Of a stretch of 63,914 bases of DNA, positions 37,401 to 49,400 are shown one piece after another. The first letter of the stretch is position 1, and the number at the start of each line of letters is the position of its first letter. The notes beneath the pieces were generated by a model. That model was not told the origin of the DNA. It made no database searches and saw only the letters and a list, made by a program, of their open reading frames with translations. Made by a program: the position numbers and the translations under genes. The stretch is from Octopus bimaculoides (lineage: Eukaryota), in NCBI RefSeq assembly GCF_001194135.2, contig NC_068984.1:82033949-82097862 (forward strand). The letters run 5' to 3'.

Positions 37401-40400
37401 TTCAAATTGATTTTATTTGGAGTCCTGAAAGATAAGAGAATATTGAATAAGACAGAAGATAAATGATTATGAATTAAAACAGAAAAGAAGATGATATGGT
37501 AAAAATAGAAAAAGTTTAAAAATACATAAGAATATCACAAGATCTGAGGCACAAAGATATAAGTATGTAAATCAGTTAAGACTAGATTCAAATATGATGA
37601 GACATTTAACGATAATTTTTCTTTAAAATAAGCTGGGGTAAGAAAAGATAAAAGTTGAGTTGGTTCGTTTGTTCTAATGGCTGTTTTTCTATGCTAGCAT
37701 GGGTTGGAGAAGGGACTTATTTGGAGTAGANNNNNNNNNNNNNNNNNNNNNNNNNNNNNNNNNNNNNNNNNNNNNNNNNNNNNNNNNNNNNNNNNNNNNN
37801 NNNNNNNNNNNNNNNNNNNNNNNNNNNNNNNNNNNNNNNNNNNNNNNNNNNNNNNNNNNNNNNNNNNNNNNNNNNNNNNNNNNNNNNNNNNNNNNNNNNN
37901 NNNNNNNNNNNNNNNNNNNNNNNNNNNNNNNNNNNNNNNNNNNNNNNNNNNNNNNNNNNNNNNNNNNNNNNNNNNNNNNNNNNNNNNNNNNNNNNNNNNN
38001 NNNNNNNNNNNNNNNNNNNNNNNNNNNNNNNNNNNNNNNNNNNNNNNNNNNNNNNNNNNNNNNNNNNNNNNNNNNNNNNNNNNNNNNNNNNNNNNNNNNN
38101 NNNNNNNNNNNNNNNNNNNNNNNNNNNNNNNNNNNNNNNNNNNNNNNNNNNNNNNNNNNNNNNNNNNNNNNNNNNNNNNNNNNNNNNNNNNNNNNNNNNN
38201 NNNNNNNNNNNNNNNNNNNNNNNNNNNNNNNNNNNNNNNNNNNNNNNNNNNNNNNNNNNNNNNNNNNACTTGTGCCCGTGACATGTGTAAGGATTTTTGA
38301 GCGAGATCGTTGCCAGTGCCCCTGGACTGGCTCTTGTGCGGGTGACACATAAAATACACCATTTTGAGCATGGCCGTTGCCAGTACCTCCTGACTGGCCT
38401 TCGTGCCGGTGGCACATAAAAGCACCCACTACACTCTCTGAGTGGTTGGCGTTAGGAAGGGCATCCAGCTATAGAAACTCTGCCAAATCAGATTTGAGCC
38501 TGGTGTTGCCATCCGGTTTCACCAGTCCTCAGTCAAATCGTCCAACCCATGCTAGCATGAAAAGCGGACGTTAAACAATGATGATGATGAAACTGAATAT
38601 ACAGTGCGGACACGATCTGTTCAATAGTGCTTGCACAGACGTATTATTCTAAGTGTATTTTGCTTAATTATAATTAAATTTAACTCTAGGCACAGTTTTT
38701 AAAAATTTTATTGTGTTCACTTACAGTGGCAGATATCCACCAGTCCCTGCAAAGTATTCATCCAATCTCAGGGACTTAATTTCTGTGATGCTGAAACGCT
38801 CAGCAATGTAAGTAAAATATCTTCTCCATTTTTAAAGTCATTTAAAGCAGGGAAGGTGACAAATGTGAGAGAGCATTGAATTAAATGTATTGTATATTGT
38901 TTGCACTTTTACATTGCTGCACATTAGGTCTTTTGATTCTCTGGTATCACATTCCTGTTTGTTTATTAAATATTAAATTATTTTTTGAAATGTTAATTTT
39001 ATTGTACTTTCTTTGAATTCCAGTGAGCGTCCTTCAATTAACAATGTATTGAAATATCCTTTTATTGTAAAGAGACTAGTGAAGTTTACTGTTGGCATTG
39101 TAAGTATGTTTTCATTGCGAAAGAAAAAAATGCCTCCTTTCAGTCAAAACAGATTAAACAATTTTGCAAAGCATTAAGTAAGTTATGCTAACAAATAACT
39201 TATGCTAACAAAAAGTAAAAGCTTTTATGCAAAAGAAATCAATTTTATGCGATAAAATATTAAAGTTTTCTATATTCAGATCATATGTTCAAAACGTCCT
39301 GGGCAACTGGGCAACCAGAACAAAGCTCGCCATTAATTGAGCATGTACCCTTCCAATTGCTAAATATCATATCAGTCTTTGTTCTGGTTGGTGAATCACT
39401 TATAAATAAACTCCTTCCATTGTTATTTAAAATTGGATCTCATTTCTGTAACACAATTGAGTTATATATCTGAAATGAAATGTGTGCATATAAACTTCAT
39501 TTATTTAGTATTATTTTGAACTCAGAAGCTATTTTGCAATGTTATCATATACTTATGACAGAACCTGTGTTACCAATGAAAAACAATAATTGTTGTTACT
39601 TTATGGCGAAAATGTTATTAAATTATAAATTTTCTTTCTCTCTTTTGAAATATTTTTAGGATCTTTCTCAGAATAATACACCTCATGATGTTCGTTCCTC
39701 AGTACAATCTCGACCCCAGTCAGCAGCATCACGACCCTCTTCTGGTAAGAATTAACTTTTGTTTTTAATCATTTAAAAATTCTTTTGTATTCTTTCCTTA
39801 TCGTTTCTCATATTTTATATTTCACAGATAATTAAAAAAAAAAACAACAGTAATGAGATAGATGGTCTGCTTTGAAATTTTGTTGATTCTCAGTTTACTT
39901 CTCTATTTTGGTTTAATCTGTGTAGTGGAGCAGTCCCCCATCCTGAACCAGTGAGGTCAACATAGTTGATGTGCATTAGTTTCAACTTCTGTAGGTTTTG
40001 TTTTCAGTGGAAAACATGAGCAAGAAGGGGATTCCAGCAGAATTTGGTTATTAGACAAAAAGATTGAGCAAAGTGTTTAATGAGGCTCTTGAAGAAGAGA
40101 AACAGAATAGAGAGAGAGATGAGCTGTGTACTTTGCTAATTTGATGTTGCTATTATTATTACTTTTATTATTTTGCCTCTGGTCAAGCACACCTATGATC
40201 AGAGGCTTTCTTATCATGACCATCTCTTCTTTTTGCATATTTAGGACTACGATGTTCAATATATTCTTACCTTTGTAAAGCAGTAGTGTGAACTGAGAGA
40301 GATTAAGCTGCTATTTTTAACAGGCCAAGTGACTGTATAGAGACTCTTCTGCACTTGAAACCTGGAAAATAAAAAGCTCTTTAGTTTGTTGATTAACAGT

Positions 40401-43400
40401 TCACAGACAGTGCAGTGTATGTGTCTTTAATCTAGACACATACTAACATTCTTGTTCTTGTTTCAATCAATGGGCTATGGCCATGCTTGGGAATTGCCAC
40501 TAGGTTTATATTTATCACTTTTTTACTGTGAAAAGCTGTTCTCTTTTCTCTTTGTACCTAAGTTCATATATACTTGCATTATTTTGTTTATCGATGCAAA
40601 TAAGAACATATCTTTTATTCTCAGCGGCATCCGGGTGCTCTAAAGCTTCTAATAATGGAAAGTATGACCCAGCACGGATTTATGGACGCAAAGCTAGTGA
40701 AAGGTGAATATCAGATGATTTATGTGTTGAGGTTTGGCATTGAAAGAGAAATAATGATGATGGTATGTATGAAAATAATGTTCATGATCATAACAACAGC
40801 AATAAAGATAATAATTTTTCATGGTGATTATGTTGATAATCATAGAGATGATAATAATGAAGATAATCATCATGATGATAATAATAATGATCATTATGAT
40901 TATAGTGATGGTGATGATCATATGATGGTGATGGTGATGGTAATACTGATGAGTGATTGTCTTCATAATGATAATAGTGATAGTATCAAGGATTATAGTG
41001 GTGGTAATACTGCCAATGGTATTTATGATGAAAGTGTTTTTCAAGAGTACATCTATGACACAGAGCTAGCCAATCAACAAGACAAAGCCCATTCAGTTGA
41101 AATTCTCTTGATATTATCCTGTCTTTATTGTGGGTTGTATTGTCTTAAGATTTTACACCTTAATGTTGATTCCTAACATTGGCACATGCCCAAAGCTTCA
41201 GCAGGAATGAGACATGTAAACAATATAATAAACCTTTTACTTAGTGGAGACATATTTTATGAACCCTGAAAGGGGAAATGGCATACTCAACATCAGGAAT
41301 TGAACTCAGAATATCAAGAAATGTAATTAAATAATGAAAGACATTGAGTTTGACATTGTTTCTGTTTCTCCACCATATTTTGAACATCTTAGTATTATAT
41401 CTCTATCTCTTCTATAGATCTTTCTAAAACAGTATCAGAATCCAGTCTAATGTAGTAGTAGTTGTAGATCCAAATAGTCCCTTTAAAAATAATGAATTCT
41501 TTTGACTAGGTTATTTGCTTGCTGAGCGGAATTGAGAGACATCGTTGATTGAGTCAGCCCAAAGGAATTTTCCTTAGTATTTGACATGTATAAGAAAACC
41601 AGTCCTATTTGTGGAACCTCCTTCCAGATTAGTGGACCATGCTATATCATGTCAAAAAGAAGAAAAGTATATGAACTGCTAATTCCTCTGTTGATTTGTC
41701 TGTAACTCTTGTAGTATCTTACTGCTATTTGTTTTTCATGTTTACTCAATATGAAAGTGGGCTAGAAAATGAAGTGGGGATATCCGGTTAGAAATGCCTG
41801 AGAAAGTAAGAAATGGTAGTTGTTCATTGGTTGGTAATTAAAACCCATTTCACCTATCCAGTAAAATAGTATGCAACCAAATAATAAATGTAACATAGTT
41901 TGTAATGAAACAATCACTGTATCATGAAGTAATTGCTCCAAATTGATTGGGATGAAGTTCAAATTTAACTATCATGGGATATAAATTCTAAAAAACAAGG
42001 TCTAAACTAGTTCTTAAAAATTGAAATTTTTTTTACCTATCTTGTGTGTACAATAAATAAACTATATATATTGTGTATATATTTTTTGTTTATACATTCA
42101 ATCTTTTTTCCCATTTTTTTTTTTCAAGCAGGCCTGGAAGTGGTGCCAAAAAGAAAAAAGTTACTGCAGTAAGTGGTCATTGTTTATCACATAGTTAAGA
42201 TTTTATTTGTATTTTCTTTACTAGTTGTTTCATATCTGAGGATTCAACAGGTTGCCTTTCAGAAAAATTTGACTTGAAGTGTGCCTTTGTTTTTTCTCAA
42301 CTCATCATCTGTTGAGGGTTGCTTAATAGAACTAACATACACTCATCTATGAGGGCAATGACTCTAAATGTGAACTAACTTGAACTGTGACTATCTGTGT
42401 GGCCCATGTCAGCTTGGATAAGCACATGATAATAATGATAAGGACACTGTCTAATGGTTCACTTGTCATTCCCTTTTAATAAATTTTCTTTATCTTGGAT
42501 GGAAATTGTGAGGAGAGAGGACTCAGGTTAAAGAAATTTATATGCTTGATGTTCAATTGAAGATTTACTGATTAATCTCTGTAAAGAAATGTGGGTTGAG
42601 GAAGGCAAGGTTCCAGAAGGTTGCACTGCTTGAGATGAGGGAATATGATTAATCTTGCTTGTACTTGTTCATTTTTTTAACTCAAGGTCAGTCTTCATAC
42701 AGCAAACCAATAATGAAAAATAACCAAAAACCCAAACATGGCAATCTTATTATCATCTTCATTATTGTTGTTGTTGTTATTATTAAGGTGGCGAGCTGGT
42801 AGAACCATTAACAGCATTTTGTTCATCTTCACATTCTGAGTTCAAATTCTGCTGTGGTCAACTTTGCTTTTCATCCTTTCTGGGTTGATAAATTAAGTAC
42901 CAGTTGAATACTAGGGTCGATATAATCGACTCATCCCCTCCCCACAAAAGCAGCACTTGTGGCAAAATTTGAAACTATTATTATTATTATTATCATTATG
43001 AAAGTGGCAAGCTGGTAGAATCGTTAGCATGCTGGGCAAAATGTTTCGCTGCATTTCGTCCATCTTTATGTTCTAAGTTCAAATTCTGCCAAGGTTGACT
43101 TTGCCTTTCACCCTTTCGAATTCGATAAAATAAGTACCAGTGAAACACTGGGGTTGATGTAATTGATTAGTTTCCTCCCCTAAATTTCAGGCCTTGTGCC
43201 TATAGTAGAAAGGATTATTATTATTATTAAAGTGGCAAGCTGGCAAAATTGTTAGCACACTAGACAAAATGCTTAGTGGCATTTTATCTGTATTTACATT
43301 CTGAGTTTATTTACCACTGAGGTTGACTTTGCCTGCTGTTATTTCGGAGTCAATAAAATAAGTACCAGTTAAACACTGGGATTGATGTAATTGACTATAC

Positions 43401-46400
43401 CCTCCCCACAAAATTTTAGGTTTAGTGTCTGTAGTAGAATTATTACTATAATAGTGTTTAATATAGTAGATTATTATTATTATTATCTATATGTATAAAA
43501 CTGAGAATGTCTGTGTGTCTGTATGTGTGCATCACTAAAACTCAAGAACTACCCAACCGATTTCATTCAAATTTTACACGTGACTTACTTAGGGGTCCAT
43601 GCAGTGCCATGGGCCAAAAATAATTTTCAACTTCTTGCCTAATGTGAGCCCAGAATAATCTCTTATCTCTTACACTGTTTCAGTATTATGAGTCAACAGT
43701 GGCACAATAACGTCTCTATTAATACTTTCACTATTATATGGTTTCATTTGCAGTTACTTTCATTATGTATTATATATTACTTTCATTTCTATTACTTTCA
43801 ATATGTATTTATATATGCTTGTATGTGTACATATATATCTATGTATATGTATGAATGCATATGTATGTATATATATATATGTATATATATATATAAAATA
43901 GGTGAGGACCGAAATCCTTATACTTCATTTACTGTTTATATGTATTATGTATATTTATGTGTGTGTGTATATATAGATAGATAGACAGATACACAAGGAA
44001 TAATACCAATTTTTTGAGATTTTACTGGAAAGTTCCGAGGATGAACTACTTCCTGGAAAGTTTTGGTGGCGGTATTTCCTGGAAAGTTCCGAGGTCTTCC
44101 TTGAAAGTTCCAAGTATGAACTACTTCCGGAAAGTTCCGAGGATGAGATTCCTTGAGAAGTTCCGAGTATGATTATTTCCTGGAAAGTACCGATGATGGT
44201 ACTGCATGGAAAGTTCCCAGGATGGTACTTCCTGGAAAGTTCCGAGGGTGGTACTTCATGGAAAGTTCCGATTGTGGGATTTTATGGAAAGTTCCGATGA
44301 TAAACTATTTCCTGGAAAGTTCCGATTATGGTACTTCGTGGAAAGTTCCGAGGATGGTGTTTCCTGGAAAGTTCCGAGGATGTACTTCATGGAAAGTTCC
44401 GAGGTCTTCCTGAAAATGTTCTAGTGGTTGTATTTCCTGGAAAGTTCCGATGATGGGACTTCCCGGAAAGTTCTGAGGTCTTCCTGGAAAGTTCCGATGA
44501 TGAGACTTCCTTGAAAGTTCCGAGGGCTTCCTGATTGTTTTGCCGTAACATTTGTATCCACATCCAGTTCTATTTAGCGAGTGAGTTAAAGGTGTGAGTG
44601 CCAACCAGAACAGGAGTGGAAAGAGCGTGTCTCCCTGGATTATTTCTCTTCTAGTGGGGATGGTTTTCGTTTTCACGAGTCCCTCTTTTGTTTGGAGCTG
44701 TAGCACTGTCTGCCATTTATTCATAGAGTATTATTATTATAATTATTATTATTATTATTAGTAGTAGTAGTAGTAGTAGATACCTGCTTTATTACAGGCA
44801 GTAAGTATAACATGTTATTGAGCAAGAAACTTCACTTCCATTTGCCTGTAATCTAGAGGAAAGTATGGGTGTCAACAAATTGTAAATGTTTTTAACTCTT
44901 ATTTGTTAGAAACTACACTTATTGATGACTCAGTTATTGGAAAACAGTAGAAAATATTTAGAAAATGTTCAATTCTGTCTTTATAGCTTATATTTCCTCT
45001 CTTTCCATCTGTTTTAACAGTCAGAGAGAAAGACACCGGAGAGAACAGTTACACCAAGCAAGCAGGTATGGCAATATCAGAAAATTAGATCTATTTATAT
45101 ATATTATAATATAAATTTTGTGAACAATAGTGTTGTTGGTCCTAGCATCCCAGTGGGCCAGTCACTTGTTCACTGCATTTATTGACTCAGGAGCTAATAA
45201 ATGCCACACTACTTTTGTTTAACTCACCAATTTATTATCAATTTCTTTCACTATTGTGAACATTCTTTACCAACTCACACATACACACACACATATATAT
45301 ATATATTTGTTTGTTTTATATCCATTTTTCCATGCTAGCATAGGTTAGTAGAATATCTTATAGAGGTATTGTTTTTGTGATAGCCATTTTGTGATACTCT
45401 TGTGCAAACCACATAAAACTGTTTGCCCCAAACAGCTTTCACTTGTTTTCTGTAGCACAGATGAGCAATTAGCAATGGGAAGGACATCCATCTCCAGAAA
45501 TACTCACTCCAGCAAAACATAAATTTATCAATTTGAAGAAACATCTTGCCCATGCTAGCATAAAAAGATCGATGTAAAATACTAAAATAAAAATTATTAT
45601 TTACTTACTTGCTTATATTTTAGTATATCATTATAATACTACTATTATTTCCCTTCTTTTCATAGAGAACACCTGGTATTTCAGCCATTCGTGCTGCAGG
45701 TGACTACAAGAAGTACTATGATGCCTTTGATAAAATAGACAAAGCACGAGTAACCAGGTCACCAAAACCCTCTAATCAAGGTAATCTGAAATTTTGATAA
45801 ATTAGCTTAGATTTGCCTGAAGTAAACAAGTTAGTTTACAGCCAGCTGTGATTAACAAATTTCTGGCAAACAACAGTAATATATAAATAACACTTCCAAG
45901 GTCATAGTAGTGTTATAATTTTTTATATTAGCACAAGGTAGTAGATTTGTAGGTGGGGATGTAGTTAATTGGATTGATGACTGGAGGATAAAGGGCAAAG
46001 TCATGGGATGAAAGACAAGCCCAGTAAGATTTCAACTTGGAAGTTGAAACTAAATACTATTGGGTATTTCTCCATTCTTCATGATTTCTGCCACTTTGTT
46101 GCCTCTACTTTCTGGGAATAATGAATTCTTAGATTAGCACACAGCCACAGATTTCTAGGGAGTTCATTAAATTGGCTCCAGCCCCTGTTCTATATTTATT
46201 TCATCAAGCTCAGGAGAAGGAACTTCTTTCTCCTTAACTACTGCTCTAAAGAGATTGATCATTTGGTAATCTTGCTGGTCTCTCATAACAATCCCTTTGG
46301 GAAGATACATCTCTCAGTCCAGGGCCTTTAGGAAAAGTTGAATGCTTAATCACTAATGTAAACTAAATATTGAACAAGACAGCAAGGGAGCCTCTACAGG

Positions 46401-49400
46401 TTTGCTCGACCTGTTAGAAATAGCTGCTAAATCTTTCTAATCACATTTCTAGCATTTTAATAAAGGGAAGAAATATTAAGCAACACAGTTCTATATGCTC
46501 GTAAACGGACAGAAAGGTTATGGTTGGAATGCTTTCATCATTGGTCTGCTCCATCATGATTCACCTGGTGGTAAACTACTACTACTTCTATTACTGCTGC
46601 TCCATACATAATCAGATCTAAGCAACAACTAATTATTGATCAAACTAATTAGGGAGCCTTTTTGCATTGCTCAACAACCTGCTAGAATTAGCAGCCAAAT
46701 CTCCCTCATTATGCCTTACTCTCTCAGAAAATAAGCTTTGTGAATTAGTGCAATGGAAAACAAAGTGTTCTATCCAGAAATGCAGTGCAATTGAACTCCT
46801 AATCTATGAGCAGATTATCCAATACTTTATCCACTTAACCACATTGCCTTTAAAGGCCCAAAGATGAGGTAGATACAGATTGACAACCTTTCATCTAGAA
46901 ATTTAACATTCTGTCAAGTCAGCTAATTGCAATTCTATACTGGTGAATGTGTGACTCAAAAAGCAGAAAATTATTGCTTTTATTCATCTAAATGATGAAT
47001 TTATTAATTTATTTATTTACAATTTTGCTTTTTCTTTACAGCATGGTACATGAATCAAGCTCGACATAAACCATTAAATATCTTAGGAGGGAAAGCAGTT
47101 GGTCCTAGGTCAGCTGTTTTGTTTCTTATTATAAAAAAAATGTTTGATGTTAAAACTGTAAAATGTTGTCATGAGAGAAACATTTGGTCTATATATTAAA
47201 GAGAGACATAATAGCTGTGAGGTCAAAGAGCTAAGTTACTGAACACATGTTCATGAGTCCTAAGTTTACTACATAAACCTCCTGCTAACAGATATAACCT
47301 TTTGATGTTTAATACATTAAATATGTTAACATTAAATTACCAGTTATGAATGAGATAGGCACAAGTATGGCTGTGTGGTAAGAAGTTTGCTTCCCAACCA
47401 CATGGTTCTGGGTTGTCCCATTGTGTGGTACCTTGGACAAGTGCCTTCTGTTATAGTCCCTGTTTCATCAAAGCTTTGTGAGTGGATTTAATTGACAGAA
47501 ACTGAAAGAAGCCTGTCATGTGCATATGAGTGTGTGAAGTTGTGTGATTTAGTGGTCAGGGTATTTGACTCATGAGTTCAATTCCTCACAGCATGTTGTG
47601 CTCCTTGAGCAAAACTCTTTATTTTATGTTGCTCCAGTTCTCTTAGCTGGCAAAAATGAGTTGTACCTGTAATTCAAAGGGCCAGCCATATCACATTTTG
47701 TGTCACACTGAATCTCCTTGAGAACTACATTAAGAGTATGCATCTTTGTGGAGTATTCATCCACTTGCACATTAATTTCACAAGTAGGCTGTTCCATTGA
47801 TCAGTTCAACTGGAACATTTGTTGTTGTAACCAACAGAGTGCCAGTTAGATGTGAGTATTCATTACAGTCTCCTTGCTTTGACATTGCATGGAAGTTATA
47901 AAAGAGAGTCATCATCATACAAGCAGTGTCCTTCATTTCCATTCTTCTCTGAAAAACATGTCTGGTCATGTGGAAATATTACCTTGCTTTGGAAACAAGC
48001 GAGGGTTGGTGCCAGAAAGGGCACATGGCCATAGAAAACCTGCCTCAACAAGTTCCATTTGACCCATGCAAGCATGGAAAAGTGGACGTGAAAAACGATG
48101 GTGATAATGATATATTTCTAAGAGCCAGCACTTTCCTCCAGTTTAGAGCGTGGTGTTAACAGGGTAACAGATATATTAGTCTGTACTTGCCAAATAGGTA
48201 AACTATGGCACAGTGATGGCAGAATTAGTTTTAACATGCATAGTGTGGTGAGCATCAACAATCTATTTTTAAAAACTTGTTTTCCCTTGCCTTGTGCCAT
48301 CAATTCTTAATGCAGTGGTAGGGATACTGTTGTGACATACAGTGTGTCTTGAGCATCTAATCTTGGTGGATCCCATTCCTCTCTAGAATATAATGAGGAA
48401 AGACAACATTAGCTCAGTGACATACTTTAATAAAAAAGCGACCATACCATATTCATTTTATGTTGACTTAGAGTGGCCTAATTATAGATGCAGTCTCAAC
48501 AAGATTGTTTCAATACAAAGGGGACTAAACCATCTCTTCTGAAAATTTGTTCCAAAATTCACTTGCTATTTGCAAAAGTATCCATAAATAAATTTTCTCT
48601 TTTAATCATAGGAACAGGTTCAGTCCTACACCTTGCCAAAGTAGAATTGTCTCTGATTTTCATCAGCGTAGAGCTGATGCTGCTCGTAACAAGTTAAAGG
48701 TTCAGGTAGGAACTATATTCAATCTGACTATTATTAAATCCACTTCGTACTTAGTCAACATCTGACAAAAGAATTTACTGATTTATTGTAGACTTAGTAT
48801 TTTCTATTTTCGTAATTTTAGAAATCCCTTCATCCTTGATTATTTCAGTTTAATGCTGCGAAAAAAAAAAAAAAAAGAACAGGCACAGGTGTGTGGTAAG
48901 AAGTTTGTTTCCCAACCACATGATTCTGGGTTCAGTCTCTCAGCATGATGCCTTGGGAAAGTGTCTTTTACTATAGCTCAGGGCCAACCAAAGCCTTATG
49001 AGTGGATTTGATTGATGGAAAGTCCATTGAGTGTGTGTGTGTATCAATGTACTTGTGTGTCTTTACGTTTGATTGTTCCCCACCATTGCTTAACAACAGA
49101 CATTGTTTTGTTGACATCCCCAAAACTTAGTGGTTCGGTAAAAAGAGAACAATAAAATAAAGACCAGACTTAGAGAAAAACTTGGATCAATTTGTTCAAC
49201 TAAACTTTTAAGGTACAGTCCCAGCATGGCCATGGTCCATGGACTGACAAAAGTAAAAGATAGAAGTCCTAATGACTGATTAAGTAGTTTTTCATTTAAA
49301 TGAGGGTGAAATGTAGACAATATCTTGAAATCTGTTTATGATTTAGGGCCATTGCCCTTTCACGTTAAGTCAAGGAAAGCTGAATCTTTCCTTCGGTTCC

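Noticed and set aside
2436-38429. Long X-rich ORFs at 2436-2840, 4282-4931, 18757-19881 and 37689-38429
   Set aside because: Artefacts of translating across N gaps
39926-39955. Candidate 22-, 25- or 30-nt micro-exons between exons 13 and 15
   Set aside because: Weak splice sites, and unnecessary once exon 14 is recognised
40655-41176. 173-aa ORF and its 116-aa antisense partner
   Set aside because: It starts out of frame in exon 14 and stays open only because of GAT/AAT low-complexity repeats
42126-42128. Idea that exon 15 uses an AA acceptor converted to AG by A-to-I editing, because exon 13 (phase 1) cannot join exon 15 (phase 2) directly
   Set aside because: A canonical 79-nt exon at 40625-40703 with a conserved-looking YDPARIYG motif bridges the phases, so no editing is needed
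42132-45065. Alternative open frame across exons 15-16 ([27 protein letters not shown]) if exon 14 is skipped
   Set aside because: It hits TAG in exon 17 unless a rare GAG acceptor at 45668 is used; short open frames like this are expected by chance
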